Source: Octopus sinensis
Lineage: Eukaryota
NCBI RefSeq assembly: GCF_006345805.1
Contig: NC_043000.1
Coordinates: 44,330,001 to 44,394,000, forward strand
Direction of reading: 5' to 3'
Length of the DNA: 64,000 nt
The notes beneath the pieces are model-generated. The model did not search any database. It saw nothing but the letters and a program-made list of their open reading frames with translations, and was not told the DNA's origin. Below, in pieces: positions 53,111 to 64,000 of the stretch (its first letter is position 1; each line of letters starts with the position of its first letter). Made by a program: the position numbers and the translations under genes.

Positions 53111-53400
53111 AGTAATGTCTCTCAGAAAAATTACTTTTGTTGTTGTGATGCAACACACACCCAATATTTAGTAGATATAATACATAATATATATAAATAT
53201 ATATAAACAAATCAAATTGCGATAAAATAAAAATAATTATAATCGCTGGTATTACTAACACAAGCCATATATTTTTCATATATCAGTACATTAAGGCGAA
53301 ATATGTGCTAGGAATACAGAAGCTTGATAAATTAAGTGAAATGAAGATAAAAACATTTACTAAACCGGTAATTCTCAGACTGCAGTTTCTTTCTTTTCAG

Positions 53401-53598
53401 CAATAAAGATCATTTATTTGCTCAGGGAGAATTCTTCAGTGAGACCCTGTTTTTCTGGGATCCTAACTCACTAGAAGCATGTGCGTCTAATGATTTACTC
53501 TCCCTAACTAATCATATCACTGCGCAGACTCCGAACGTCCCGACAAAACTAGAGAATTCTGGTATATCGCCTGGCGCTCATAATTTATCGAGAAATAT
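53401..53598 (+). CDS. Symmetric phase-2 exon, copy 1 (NKDHLFAQGEFFSETLFFWDPNSLEACASNDLLSLTNHITAQTPNVPTKLENSGISPGAHNLSRN)
   Basis: Acceptor gtttctttcttttcag|, donor AT|gtaaac, 198 nt, only one open frame, more GC-rich than the spacer. Confidence 0.55.
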
Positions 53599-53796
53599 GT
53601 AAACAAATCAAATTGCGATAAAATAAAAATAATTATAATCGCTGTGTATTACTAACACAAGCCATATATTTTTCATATATCAGTACATTAAGGCGAAATA
53701 TGTGTAGGAATACAGAAGCTTGATAAATTAAGTGAAATGAGGATAAAAACATTTACTAAACCGGTAATTCTCAGACTGCAGTTTCTTTCTTTTCAG

Positions 53797-53994
53797 CAAT
53801 AAAGATAATTTATTTGCTCAGGGAGAATTCTTCAGTGAGACCCTGTTTTTCTGGGATCCTAACTCACTAGAAGCATGTGCGTCTAATGATTTAATCTCCC
53901 TAACTAATCATATCACTGCGCAGACTCCGAACGTCCCGACAAAACTAGGGAATTCTGGTATATCGCCTGGCGCTCATAATTTATCGAGAAATAT
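53797..53994 (+). CDS. Symmetric phase-2 exon, copy 2 (H>N, L>I, E>G relative to copy 1)
   Basis: Same splice sites, intact 198-nt frame. Confidence 0.5.
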
Positions 53995-54189
53995 GTAAAC
54001 AAATCAAATTGCGATAAAATAAAAATAATTATAATCGCTGGTATTACTAACACAAGCCATATATTTTTCATATATCAATACATTAAGGCGAAATATGTGC
54101 TAGGAATACAGAAGCTTGATAAATTAAGTGAAATGAAGATAAAAACATTTACTAAACCGGTAATCTCAGACTGCAGTTTCTTTCTTCAG

Positions 54190-55166
54190 CAATAAAGATA
54201 ATTATTTGCTCAGGGAGAATCTCAGTGAGACCCTGTTTTTCTGGGATCTAACTCATAGAAGCATGTGCGTCTAATGATTTACTCTCCCTAACTAATCATA
54301 TCACTGCGCAGACTCCGAACGTCCCGAAAAACTAGAGAATTCTGGTATATCGCCTGGCGCTCATATTTATCGAAAAGAAATATGTAAACAATCAAATTGC
54401 TGATAAAATAAAAAATAATTATAATCGCTGGTATTACTAACACAAGCCATATATTTTTCATGTATCAACATTCAGGCGAAATATGTGCTAGGAATACAGA
54501 AGCTTGATAAATTAGTGAAATGAGGATAAAAACATTTACTAAACCGGTAATCTCAGACTGCAGTTTCTTTCTTTTCAGCAATAAAGATCATTTATTTGCA
54601 GGAGAATTCTTCAGTGAGACCTGTTTTTCTGGGATCTAACACTAGAAGCATGTGCGTCTAATGATTTATCTCCCTAAATAATCATATCACTGCGCAGACT
54701 CCGAACGTCCCGACAAAATAGGGAATTCTGGTTATATCGCCTGCGCTCATAATTTATCGAGAAATATGTAAACAAATCAAATTGCGATAAAAGAAAAAAT
54801 AATTATAACGCTGGTATTACTAACACAAGCCATTATTTTTCATATATCAGTAATTAAGGCGAAATATGTGCTAGGAATACAGGAAGCTTGATAAATTAAG
54901 TGAAATGAAAGAATTTAAAACACATTTACTAAACCGGTAATTCTCAGAATGCGGTTTCTTTCTTTTCAGCAATAAAGAAGATAATTTATTGCTCAGGGAG
55001 AATTCTTCAGTGAGACCCTGTTTTTCTGGGATCCTACTCAAAGAAGCATGTGGCGTCTAATGATTACTCTCCCTAACTAATCATATCACTGTGCAGACTC
55101 CGAACGTCCCGACCAAACTAGGGAATTCAGGTATATCGCCTGGCGCTCATATTTATCGAGAAATAT
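54190..55166 (+). pseudogene. Exon copies 3-5 (54190-54383, 54579-54767, 54970-55166), frameshifted as assembled
   Basis: Splice sites retained but multiple 1-3-nt indels; could be long-read error. Confidence 0.45.
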
Positions 55167-55697
55167 GTAAACATCAAATTGCGAAAATAAAAATAATTAT
55201 AATCGCTGGTATACTAACACAAGCCATATATTTTTCATATATCAGTACATTAAGGCGAAATATGTGCTAGGAATACAGAAGCTCGATAAATTAAGTGAAA
55301 TGAAGATAAAAACATTTACTAAATTTATATATATATACATGTGTGTGTGTATGTGTATACACCCATATATATATTCAACCATTAATCTTTAAGACTATGC
55401 CAATTTCGCAGCCTTTATCATATAATAATAATTTCACGTTATAGTAAATTATTTCATACGTCTCAGCAAATATGCATAGTGCGCAATTTACAATTGTATA
55501 TAAAGATATTAGTGTAGATCAGAAAAGTTAGCTCATCAGATCACCAGAATAATTTGCGATACTACTTCTTCAAAACAAAGTATACGTGCAAAATTTACCC
55601 TTTATATGGTAGACCGACACAAGTTATATTTAGCTTGGTATGGCCATTAAATTGAATATGAGTAATAAATATATTTTGTTTCATTTTCTAACTTCAG

Positions 55698-55767
55698 GGA
55701 AATGAGCGGCGTGAATTTTCACAAAATACAGGAAGTGATTGGAGAGAAAGCAAAGGAGTTTTACTAA
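55698..55767 (+). CDS. Candidate terminal exon ([M]EMSGVNFHKIQEVIGEKAKEFY*)
   Basis: Strong acceptor tttcattttctaacttcag|; phase 2 fits the array exon; the phase-0 frame is also open. Confidence 0.38.
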
Positions 55768-56330
55768 ATATATAGTTCTTGAATTTATATGAATGGACAC
55801 ATAAAAAATATTTTATGTTAACGTAATGAATTCAGCAGGGAACAGACACCTGGAGGTGTAAAGATTAAACCAAGAAATAGTGTGAACTATTATTTTCAAA
55901 CTGGGTTAAAAGGGCAAGTACCTCAAAATATTTTTCTCTCAAAGTGAACTGTATTGAGAACAGAACAACTTTCACACCTACATAAAAACACTCATATATC
56001 CAAATACATGCAAAAGCATATGCATATACAAATAATGTAAGTATAAATATACATGAATATAAATACATGAACATATGCACCTACAGACACAATCATATAC
56101 GGGAAATTCTTGTACAATTATATACAGTTATATATACACACATGCGCATACACATAAACACACACACAAATGCATATATATATATATATATATACATACA
56201 ATGTATTATATATATATACATGTATTCATATAAGCTAAGATATTTATAGACTATATATATAGTATAAATGCTAAGAAATACCCATTTATATAGAAGTTAA
56301 AAAAATAACCATACAATGTATATGGACATA

Positions 56331-56372
<42 letters not shown>

Positions 56373-56444
56373 TGTGTGTGTGTGTGTGCATGTGTGTGTG
56401 TGTGTTCATACACATATTAGATTAAAGGCATACACACGCACACA

Positions 56445-56512
<68 letters not shown>

Positions 56513-56569
56513 ATACTGCATATCCTTCGCTCAGAGATATAAAACAAGTTTTTTTTTTCTCTTCACGAG

Positions 56570-56607
56570 ATCAGCGACTGTGTCGCTTGAACATACATGT
56601 AGTATCT
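56570..56607 (+). CDS. Candidate 38-nt exon (SATVSLEHTCSI in phase 2)
   Basis: T-rich acceptor ttttttttctcttcacgag|, donor TCT|gtaagt. Confidence 0.3.
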
Positions 56608-56904
56608 GTAAGTTGAGTAAGCCCCATCATTAGCCGGTGATTGTTTCACACTTAAGACGGATAATTATTCAGAAACCAAGATCTATGTGTGTTATCTCCC
56701 TCGCATATACTGAAGCAGTAACTTCAAAATATTCCTTGTACAGGACTCTCACTTTACGTTGGCAAATAAACTTTACTATATATATATATATATATAAATA
56801 TGGTGCAGAGTTTCAAAATAATGGTAGCAACTTCAATAATAAATAAACAAATTGTCCACGCGTTAAACAACTTACACTGGAATATTATGTCAACTGGTAA
56901 TATG

Positions 56905-57075
56905 TGGTGACCTGGCGGAAATGTTAGCAAGCCGTTCAAATTCCGCCGAGGTCGACCTTGCCCTTCATCCTTTCGTCGTCGATAAATTAAATTCCAGTTG
57001 CGTACTGGGATCGATCTAATCGACTGGCTGCCTCTCCGAAAACTTCGAGCCTTGTGCATAGCACAGAGAAGAATA
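56905..57075 (+). mobile_element. SINE copy (Meta-like family)
   Basis: gttcaaattccgccgaggtcgaccttgcccttcatcctttcg. Confidence 0.75.
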
Positions 57076-58302
57076 TGTATCTTACATTAGTTGAATATCT
57101 GAATATAGTTTAATACATTATCAGAAGGTTGAGGCTAAATTGTGGCTAACTGAAGTTGAGAATTTTTCCTTTGCATTGGTCTACGTTAAAATTTATTTTT
57201 GTATGTTTGATAATCAATTTACTATTTATAGTAGTTATCAGATGGGAATTATCTTTCAGGTGCTAACATGTATGGCAGATAAGTGTTTTTGAAAATAGTA
57301 AATTGTTTGAATATAGTCTAATAATTTATCTCTCCCTAAAATGAAAATATAACACGTAGGAGATTATTTACTTGTATTCATAAAGGGAGCAGAATATCTG
57401 GATACGTTTTAACACCTTATCTGTTATTGCGGTAAGACCAATTTATGGTAAATGAAGGAATGAAATTAACTAGCATATATGAACGATTTGTATCTAGTTG
57501 CCGGTATTAATGGGTAATAAGTATTCTTACAAATTGCTCTGAATACAGTCTAATACATTATCTATTTCTAAGGTGAAGCAGAATTTATTAGTGTATATAC
57601 ATAATAATTTTGTGAAATTTATTAGTGTAAATATAATAATGTATAGTTAGAATATAGGAAAGATTTATATATAAGGTGCTGGTAACTTACAATCTATCCA
57701 TATTAATAATAATTGATTTAATTTTACTAATATTAAATGCTTCGCATACGCAGAACCCACACCAGACACCACCACCATTATATGATTGTGCATTATATAA
57801 AACAATCGAAGCAATTTAAATTCAGTATTATTATCAGTGATAGAAAGTATAAATTTAGGTAAAGATGTACTGTTAGGCTATTACTTATGCTTAAATATAG
57901 ATGTGTGGTTATTCTAGCAAATATCTAATGAGGTAAGACGACGCACCAATGTAAAAATGTTATGAACCATGAGAAGTGACCGAGTACTTATGCACTATAT
58001 TTTTCCTAAGGCATTGGTTAATATTAGGATACGGTGATTTATTACACAGAAAGGAAATGAATCAACGCATAAAAGTTCCAAACTAGTGATTCATTTCTTC
58101 TCAAGTTGATCTGAGTAAGTTGATTAGTAATGGCTTTAATGATTGGTACCTCTCATACTCGATCACTTCTGGGCGACTTATCTCGGAGTTCTTTAATACG
58201 TGTAGGAAGATTTCCCGGGACGCTGTCTCTCAGCAAATGGCCGTTCAAACAAAATATATACACTATGAACATGCGACCGATAATATTTATACATACATAT
58301 AC

Positions 58303-58356
<54 letters not shown>

Positions 58357-58357
<1 letters not shown>

Positions 58358-58665
58358 CACCGTGATCACCGTGACCGACCAAGCTATCAGATGTTGTTAC
58401 ACATTGCTGGTCACAGTGCGCTTTGCATTGTTTTAGCCTTCAAGTGACGCCACCCCGCTGGCTAAGCGAGCAGGCCGACAGAAGAAAGCGTGAGAGAAAG
58501 TTGTGGCGAAAGAGTACAGCAGGGATCGCCACCACCCCCTGCCAGAGCCTCGTGGAGCTTTAGGAGTTTTCGCTCAATAAACACTCACAACGCCCGGTCT
58601 GGGAATCGAAACCACGATCCTACGACCGCGACTCCACTGCCCTAACCACTGGGCCATTGTGCCTC
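58357..58665 (-). mobile_element. Full-length tRNA-derived SINE (same family as 11149-11456), inserted in (TA)n
   Basis: Colinear with 11149-11456; A and B boxes present. Confidence 0.92.
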
Positions 58666-58692
58666 ATATATATATATATATTATAATATATA

Positions 58693-58755
<63 letters not shown>

Positions 58756-58761
58756 TATATA

Positions 58762-58838
<77 letters not shown>

Positions 58839-59198
58839 TATATATACATAATTTGAGTTGCTTGCTGCGCCTTTGTTTTGTTTGGACATCGTAATTCCTG
58901 GATTTTCCTGAAGAGAAAGCTGCAATATGGTATCTTTATTCAATCAGAATTTGGAAATTTGTGGCCTTTGAAACATGTGTAGAATGTAATAAAAGGAATT
59001 CTGTAGAATCTTCGTTCAGCTCCATTTGTTCCATTCACTAATTATATTAAACTTCAATTATCCGCGCCAACGCACGGTTGCAAAACCATATGGTCATAAC
59101 TCCAACCGTGTTTTTCCTGCTGTGATTTTTGCTACCCAGGTATCGGTTAAACTTTTGAATAATCCGTAACAAGATAATTCATCTTTCCATTTCAACAA

Positions 59199-59241
<43 letters not shown>

Positions 59242-59270
59242 TATATATATATATTATATATATATATATA

Positions 59271-59306
<36 letters not shown>

Positions 59307-61099
59307 ATATATATATATATATCACACATACACAAATACAAATACAGGTATATGTCTTCTGTCCGGTTGTCAATCTACGTAAATTGTGTGGAATGTATTT
59401 GCTTAAGTATGCTGCACTTTTATGTTTTCATTCAAATATATGTGATAGATTCATAACATAGAGTTTATAGCTTCATATGCTGCAGCCGCAACATCGTCCG
59501 CTGTCGTGTAAATTAATATTGGTAGAATATATCGATTTCATATTATCCGACCGTATGATATGTTACTTTGGCTAGAGTAAATCTGGGAAAGACCAAATGA
59601 TTTGAAAGAGATCTAATATTATTGTTTTCCTTCTTTGATATCTTAAATTTGCAAGCCGAAATTTAGTAGTGTTATAGGAAATAATAAACATATTTGCTTT
59701 GATGTATGCCTACCTTACAATTATTCGCAATTAATTATCAGCAAACTTATATATAAAATATAATGTTTAAAAACAAGACGTCGATAGTCACAGACATTCT
59801 ATTCCAAAGTTTTCTTGCAACAACGCAATGGCTTAGTACGAATTCTGATTTTAGAAATTGACTTTTGAGACGTTTCCTTTACGGCAGATATTGCTAATTA
59901 GTGCATGATTGATAGAACCTATGCAGACATGCTTTTGAGTGCGTGTTGCATGTGGACGTGTGGTTGTGTCTGTATTTGAGTACAAACATGTCGAACATTT
60001 TTTGTATCTGTATGCGCTTCAGATGTTTTATTTCCAGGTTATACGGTTCAGTTGCTTTGAGCGTATGTTTGAAAGATTTGTCAAACGTTACAATATGTTC
60101 CAGTCTCTGATAATTACTAGATTTAATATGAACGATGAAAATATTTAAATGGTGTCTCTGTGCAAGCCACTACTAATGAATAAACCAATAAAATTACAAG
60201 AGAGTATGTAGTTTGGAGAGAGGCTAACAACAAAGTCGGCATTCATCGACATAAATTAAATGTGCCCCAACAGATAATCTGAAATATAACTGCTGTTAAA
60301 TTACATATTGGAATCACACAGGGATTTCAAATTATGTGAAGATATATTTTATACGAGATTGGGGTTGACTCATTAATATGTATGTAAGACAGAAGAATTC
60401 ATTGCTCTTGCCCAACCGGCGCACTGCAAATCTATACTATAACTAATTTTCTTCATGCAATGATGCGAATTTTGACTCATTAAAAAATTACATCGCTGCA
60501 ACACGTTAGGATCATGAGCTAAAATTACAAATTAGGCATGAGGAAACTTCTGAAAACTTTTTAATGCATTATTTCATTTGGCAAGTCAATGAAATTTACT
60601 AATCTTTAGATGACATCGCTTCGACAATGCTTTGCTGTGAAAGTTTAAGCAGATCGAAAGCATGAACGAATATTTGGAACAGTTATCTGATATACGGAAC
60701 ATTTTCTGTTATTCTCTTTTAGTTATTTACTGAATTTCTGTTATTCTCTCTTAGTCATTTATTGAGTAATTTTTCTCAACGCAAATTATTCAACCTCAAA
60801 TATTTTGAAATTGTTTAAATTTCAATTCCTGCTTAGAGGTGAAATTACTTGAAACACAGAAAGAGTGTTTACGTGTTCATTTTATATTTTTCACGCTGGT
60901 GACTAAGCTAGTAAATAAGTTGAAATTCCTCATAGTGAGATTTTCTCTTGTCACACTAGAAATATGTTGTTGTCTAACAACATTGCCAAATCTCTCCCAC
61001 TCAATATTTCAATTTCTTCTGGTTCCTTTTGCGAAAATGCCGTTATAATCGTATTTCGTGTTCTGTTTTTGCATGTGTTCATTCCTATGTTTTGAACTA

Positions 61100-61685
61100 T
61101 ATATATGTACATAAATGTTTAGAATGAGATAAAAATCCAAGGCTATGAAAGATTATAAAACATTTATAAATAGAAGGTATTACAGCTGTTTCCAGGATAT
61201 TTTATATATCCCGTCATCGGAGATGGTGTGAGAAAATGGTTAAGCAATACTTATTTTAGATAAGATATGGAATGGTGAGTGAAGTGGAGGAATGAAAATA
61301 GACGTGAGTTACGCAGGGTTTTATTTAGAGTAAAACCCTTGATTCTATAATACCGTGTACAAACTCTATACTTGGAATGACCAATTTTAAATGATACTGG
61401 AGCTTACAAGGCACTGGAATCTTATACGTATACCATTGAGCCTAAATAATAGATCTACTGATGCAATATCCCTGCATATCTCACGTCTATTGTCATTCCT
61501 CCACTTTACTCTCAATTTCATATCTTATCTAAAATAACTATTGCTTAACGTTTTTCCCCACCCCGTCACCGATGAAGGGATATAAAATATCCCAGAAACA
61601 GATGTAAGACCTATTTATAAATGCTCTAAAATCTTTCACAGCCATGGATTTTTATCTCATTCTAAAAAGTGTTTTCATATATACA
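61100..61685. mobile_element. Fold-back element: ~200-bp inverted arms of a Penelope-type pLTR, each with a degenerate hammerhead motif
   Basis: 61118-61319 is an imperfect reverse complement of 61469-61667; the right arm reads ccgatgaa-gggatat/atatccc-a-gaaac-agatgt-a-agac. Confidence 0.7.
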
Positions 61686-61825
61686 CGTGCTGATATATGA
61701 CCTACATTGGACTCCTCATTCGCATAATCACCTGGAGCTTAACTATAGTCTGTCGATAGCACTTACTCAGCATTGCCTGACACCTTTGTGTCTTATTGAC
61801 ACAATTACCTCTTTCTTTCTTTCAT

Positions 61826-61904
<79 letters not shown>

Positions 61905-62116
61905 TAACACCTATATGTATACATATATACATGCCTATAAATGTATGTGTGTGTATATATATGTGTGTATACATATATATTATATATGTAAGTATACATA
62001 TCTACAGGCATATGAATATCTACACGCATATATCTATACACATGCACACACGCAGATATATTCATAAATATACACTCAAATGCACTCATATCTATTTCTT
62101 TATTGCTCAAAAGTGG

Positions 62117-62327
62117 CTAAATATGGAGGGGACAAACAAGGACAGACAAAGGGATTAAGTCGATTATATCTACCCCTGTGCGTAACTGGTACTGAATTTA
62201 TCGACCCCGAAAGGTTAAAAAGCAAAGTCGACCTCGGCGAAATTAGAACTAAGAACGTAACGGCAGACGAAATACCGCTAGACATTTCGCCCGATGCGCT
62301 AATGTTTCTGCCCGCTCGCCGCCTTTA
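62117..62327 (-). mobile_element. SINE copy (Meta-like family)
   Basis: gattaagtcgattatatc...ggtactgaatttatcgaccccgaaagg...gtcgacctcggcg. Confidence 0.8.
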
Positions 62328-64000
62328 CTCATATATTCTGTGTATGTATAGGTTATTATGATATATCTTCTACTTCGTGCTCATTCTTTGAAACTGACTT
62401 ATATCTCGAAGTTTCTAATATTCCATGACATCAGCAACGTTCAATACTTGCTGGTGACAATAAACATTGTAAAATGGATGTTTGGTGCAATCGTAGAATG
62501 TTTGTCATGCTTACAAAACTATTTTATTATCTAAATGTTTATCAGTGTTTAGGCACACACACACAGAGGCACGTACATACACAACCACACACGTACACAC
62601 AACACACAGACAGACATGTGCATAAGACTTAAAAGAGAAATACTTCACTTAAACTTTGTTCCAATCACATCAGAGTTTGTTCTTTTAACTCCATATTACT
62701 GTATGTCTTCTTGTTGCTTTCTTTTTGCTTGTTATATTCATGCATTTTCCAGAAGTTTCTTTACAGAAAATTCTCAAGAAATTTGGCTACACTACGTTTA
62801 TTCTTTCGAGAAACAGTTTTTGTTTTTCTTTCAGATCTTCAAACTTAATTGGAAACACTCATTATTCGTCTTCTATAAATCATGCATAGCCTAATTAGCC
62901 GAGTAAGAAGAATGTTACAACGGAACAAAAAGCACAATGAGCAAATTGAAAAAAACACATATAATTCATTTAGTGTATGATTAGTAACCTTTGTGCAATT
63001 ACTTTGTAAAACATATTTTATTGTGCCATGGCCAGAAGCATAAATATGTATATGAAAGCACACAAATATGTTTTTAAAAAATCACAGATGTAAATAAATC
63101 AAATGTTATTTTATAACCAACCTAAATACCTTACTGCATTGGAATATATCCTGAGGTCTATTCTTTCTGATTTCTGTTGGCTTCCCGGATAGAAGTTTTT
63201 AGTTTATTCAGATGACGTATGGTTATGAGTATGATAAATCTCAAACAGTATAAGACTGAACTGATATTAAACTATTGTAAGATGGGAGGACATTACCGTT
63301 AGAGAGGACTTCTAACCTACCTATTTTCAAACAAATAGCCTCCGCTAATGGCAGTCAAATGAAGCATAGTAAAGCCAGTCTGCATATTAAATCGATCATT
63401 CCTTTATTCTAAAGTAATACAGATGTGATTAATGGACCACTTGTATTTGAATTAAGATACTACTCGTATCTGTTTTAGCTAAAGCAACTGTAAAATAAAA
63501 CATTTTTCATTTCGGATATTTACCAAAGGTTACTTTAATATCGACAATTGTACACGTGACAGCGACTTCAGAAATCCTGAGTTGTGTTTTGTAAGAACAG
63601 CAATTAAATTCAAGTATTGAAAATTCTGTTAGAACTATTAACGCTGACTTAATAACAGAATGAAACATTTTCAATTGTTATTCCGTTTCAAACTGTAAAT
63701 GCATAAATCTGATTCGAGTTAGTAGCTGAATTATTCTAAAATTAAGGCAGTATTAGTTAACATTTGAATAGAAAAAAAAACGTCTCGAAAGTAAGCATAT
63801 TCTGAAGAGAATACACATTATTCAACCAAATTCTCACTGTGTGTCTGGTTTTCTGATGTCGTTTCTTCAGAATTTCAAATTGTAAGTAACTTCAATTTGA
63901 AAGTATAACACTAATCGAAACCGATTTGTAACGTTACCTGCTATTACACAACGCATTTCTTATCATCTGTTATAGCAAGGGCTGATGGATAATCAATGTG

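Larger units (their letters stand above)
53204..55323. repeat. 396-bp tandem array, ~5.4 units, each containing an exon-like segment
   Basis: Units 1-2 are nearly identical (exon starts 53401, 53797); later units (54190, 54579, 54970) carry scattered small indels. Confidence 0.97.

Overview
AT-rich, microsatellite-dense eukaryotic genomic DNA. The SINE, LINE and Penelope families look like those of an octopus (coleoid cephalopod); this rests on my recall of those families, not on a search. Most of the window is intronic or intergenic and full of transposon relics: a full-length FLYWCH-MULE, a full-length mariner, five Helitron-type elements, L1/Tx1, HERO and CR1 LINE fragments, Penelope-like (GIY-YIG) pieces and about 18 tRNA-derived SINE copies. 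The ORF track is almost entirely microsatellite or TE artefact. Manual splice-site and phase analysis suggests an unrecognised, small-exon protein-coding gene on the + strand (best supported at 32.6-34.4 kb, probably running to about 55.8 kb); I cannot name it. Best leads: (1) a 396-bp tandem array repeating a symmetric phase-2, 198-nt exon five times; (2) a minimal type-I hammerhead-ribozyme motif with a compensatory G3:C8 core swap inside a long fold-back, an architecture repeated by a second Penelope-type family at 61 kb; (3) a 35-bp minisatellite that interrupts an exon-like reading frame; (4) a ~120-bp locally templated insertion into a CR1 tail. No rRNA, true tRNA gene or CRISPR array was found.
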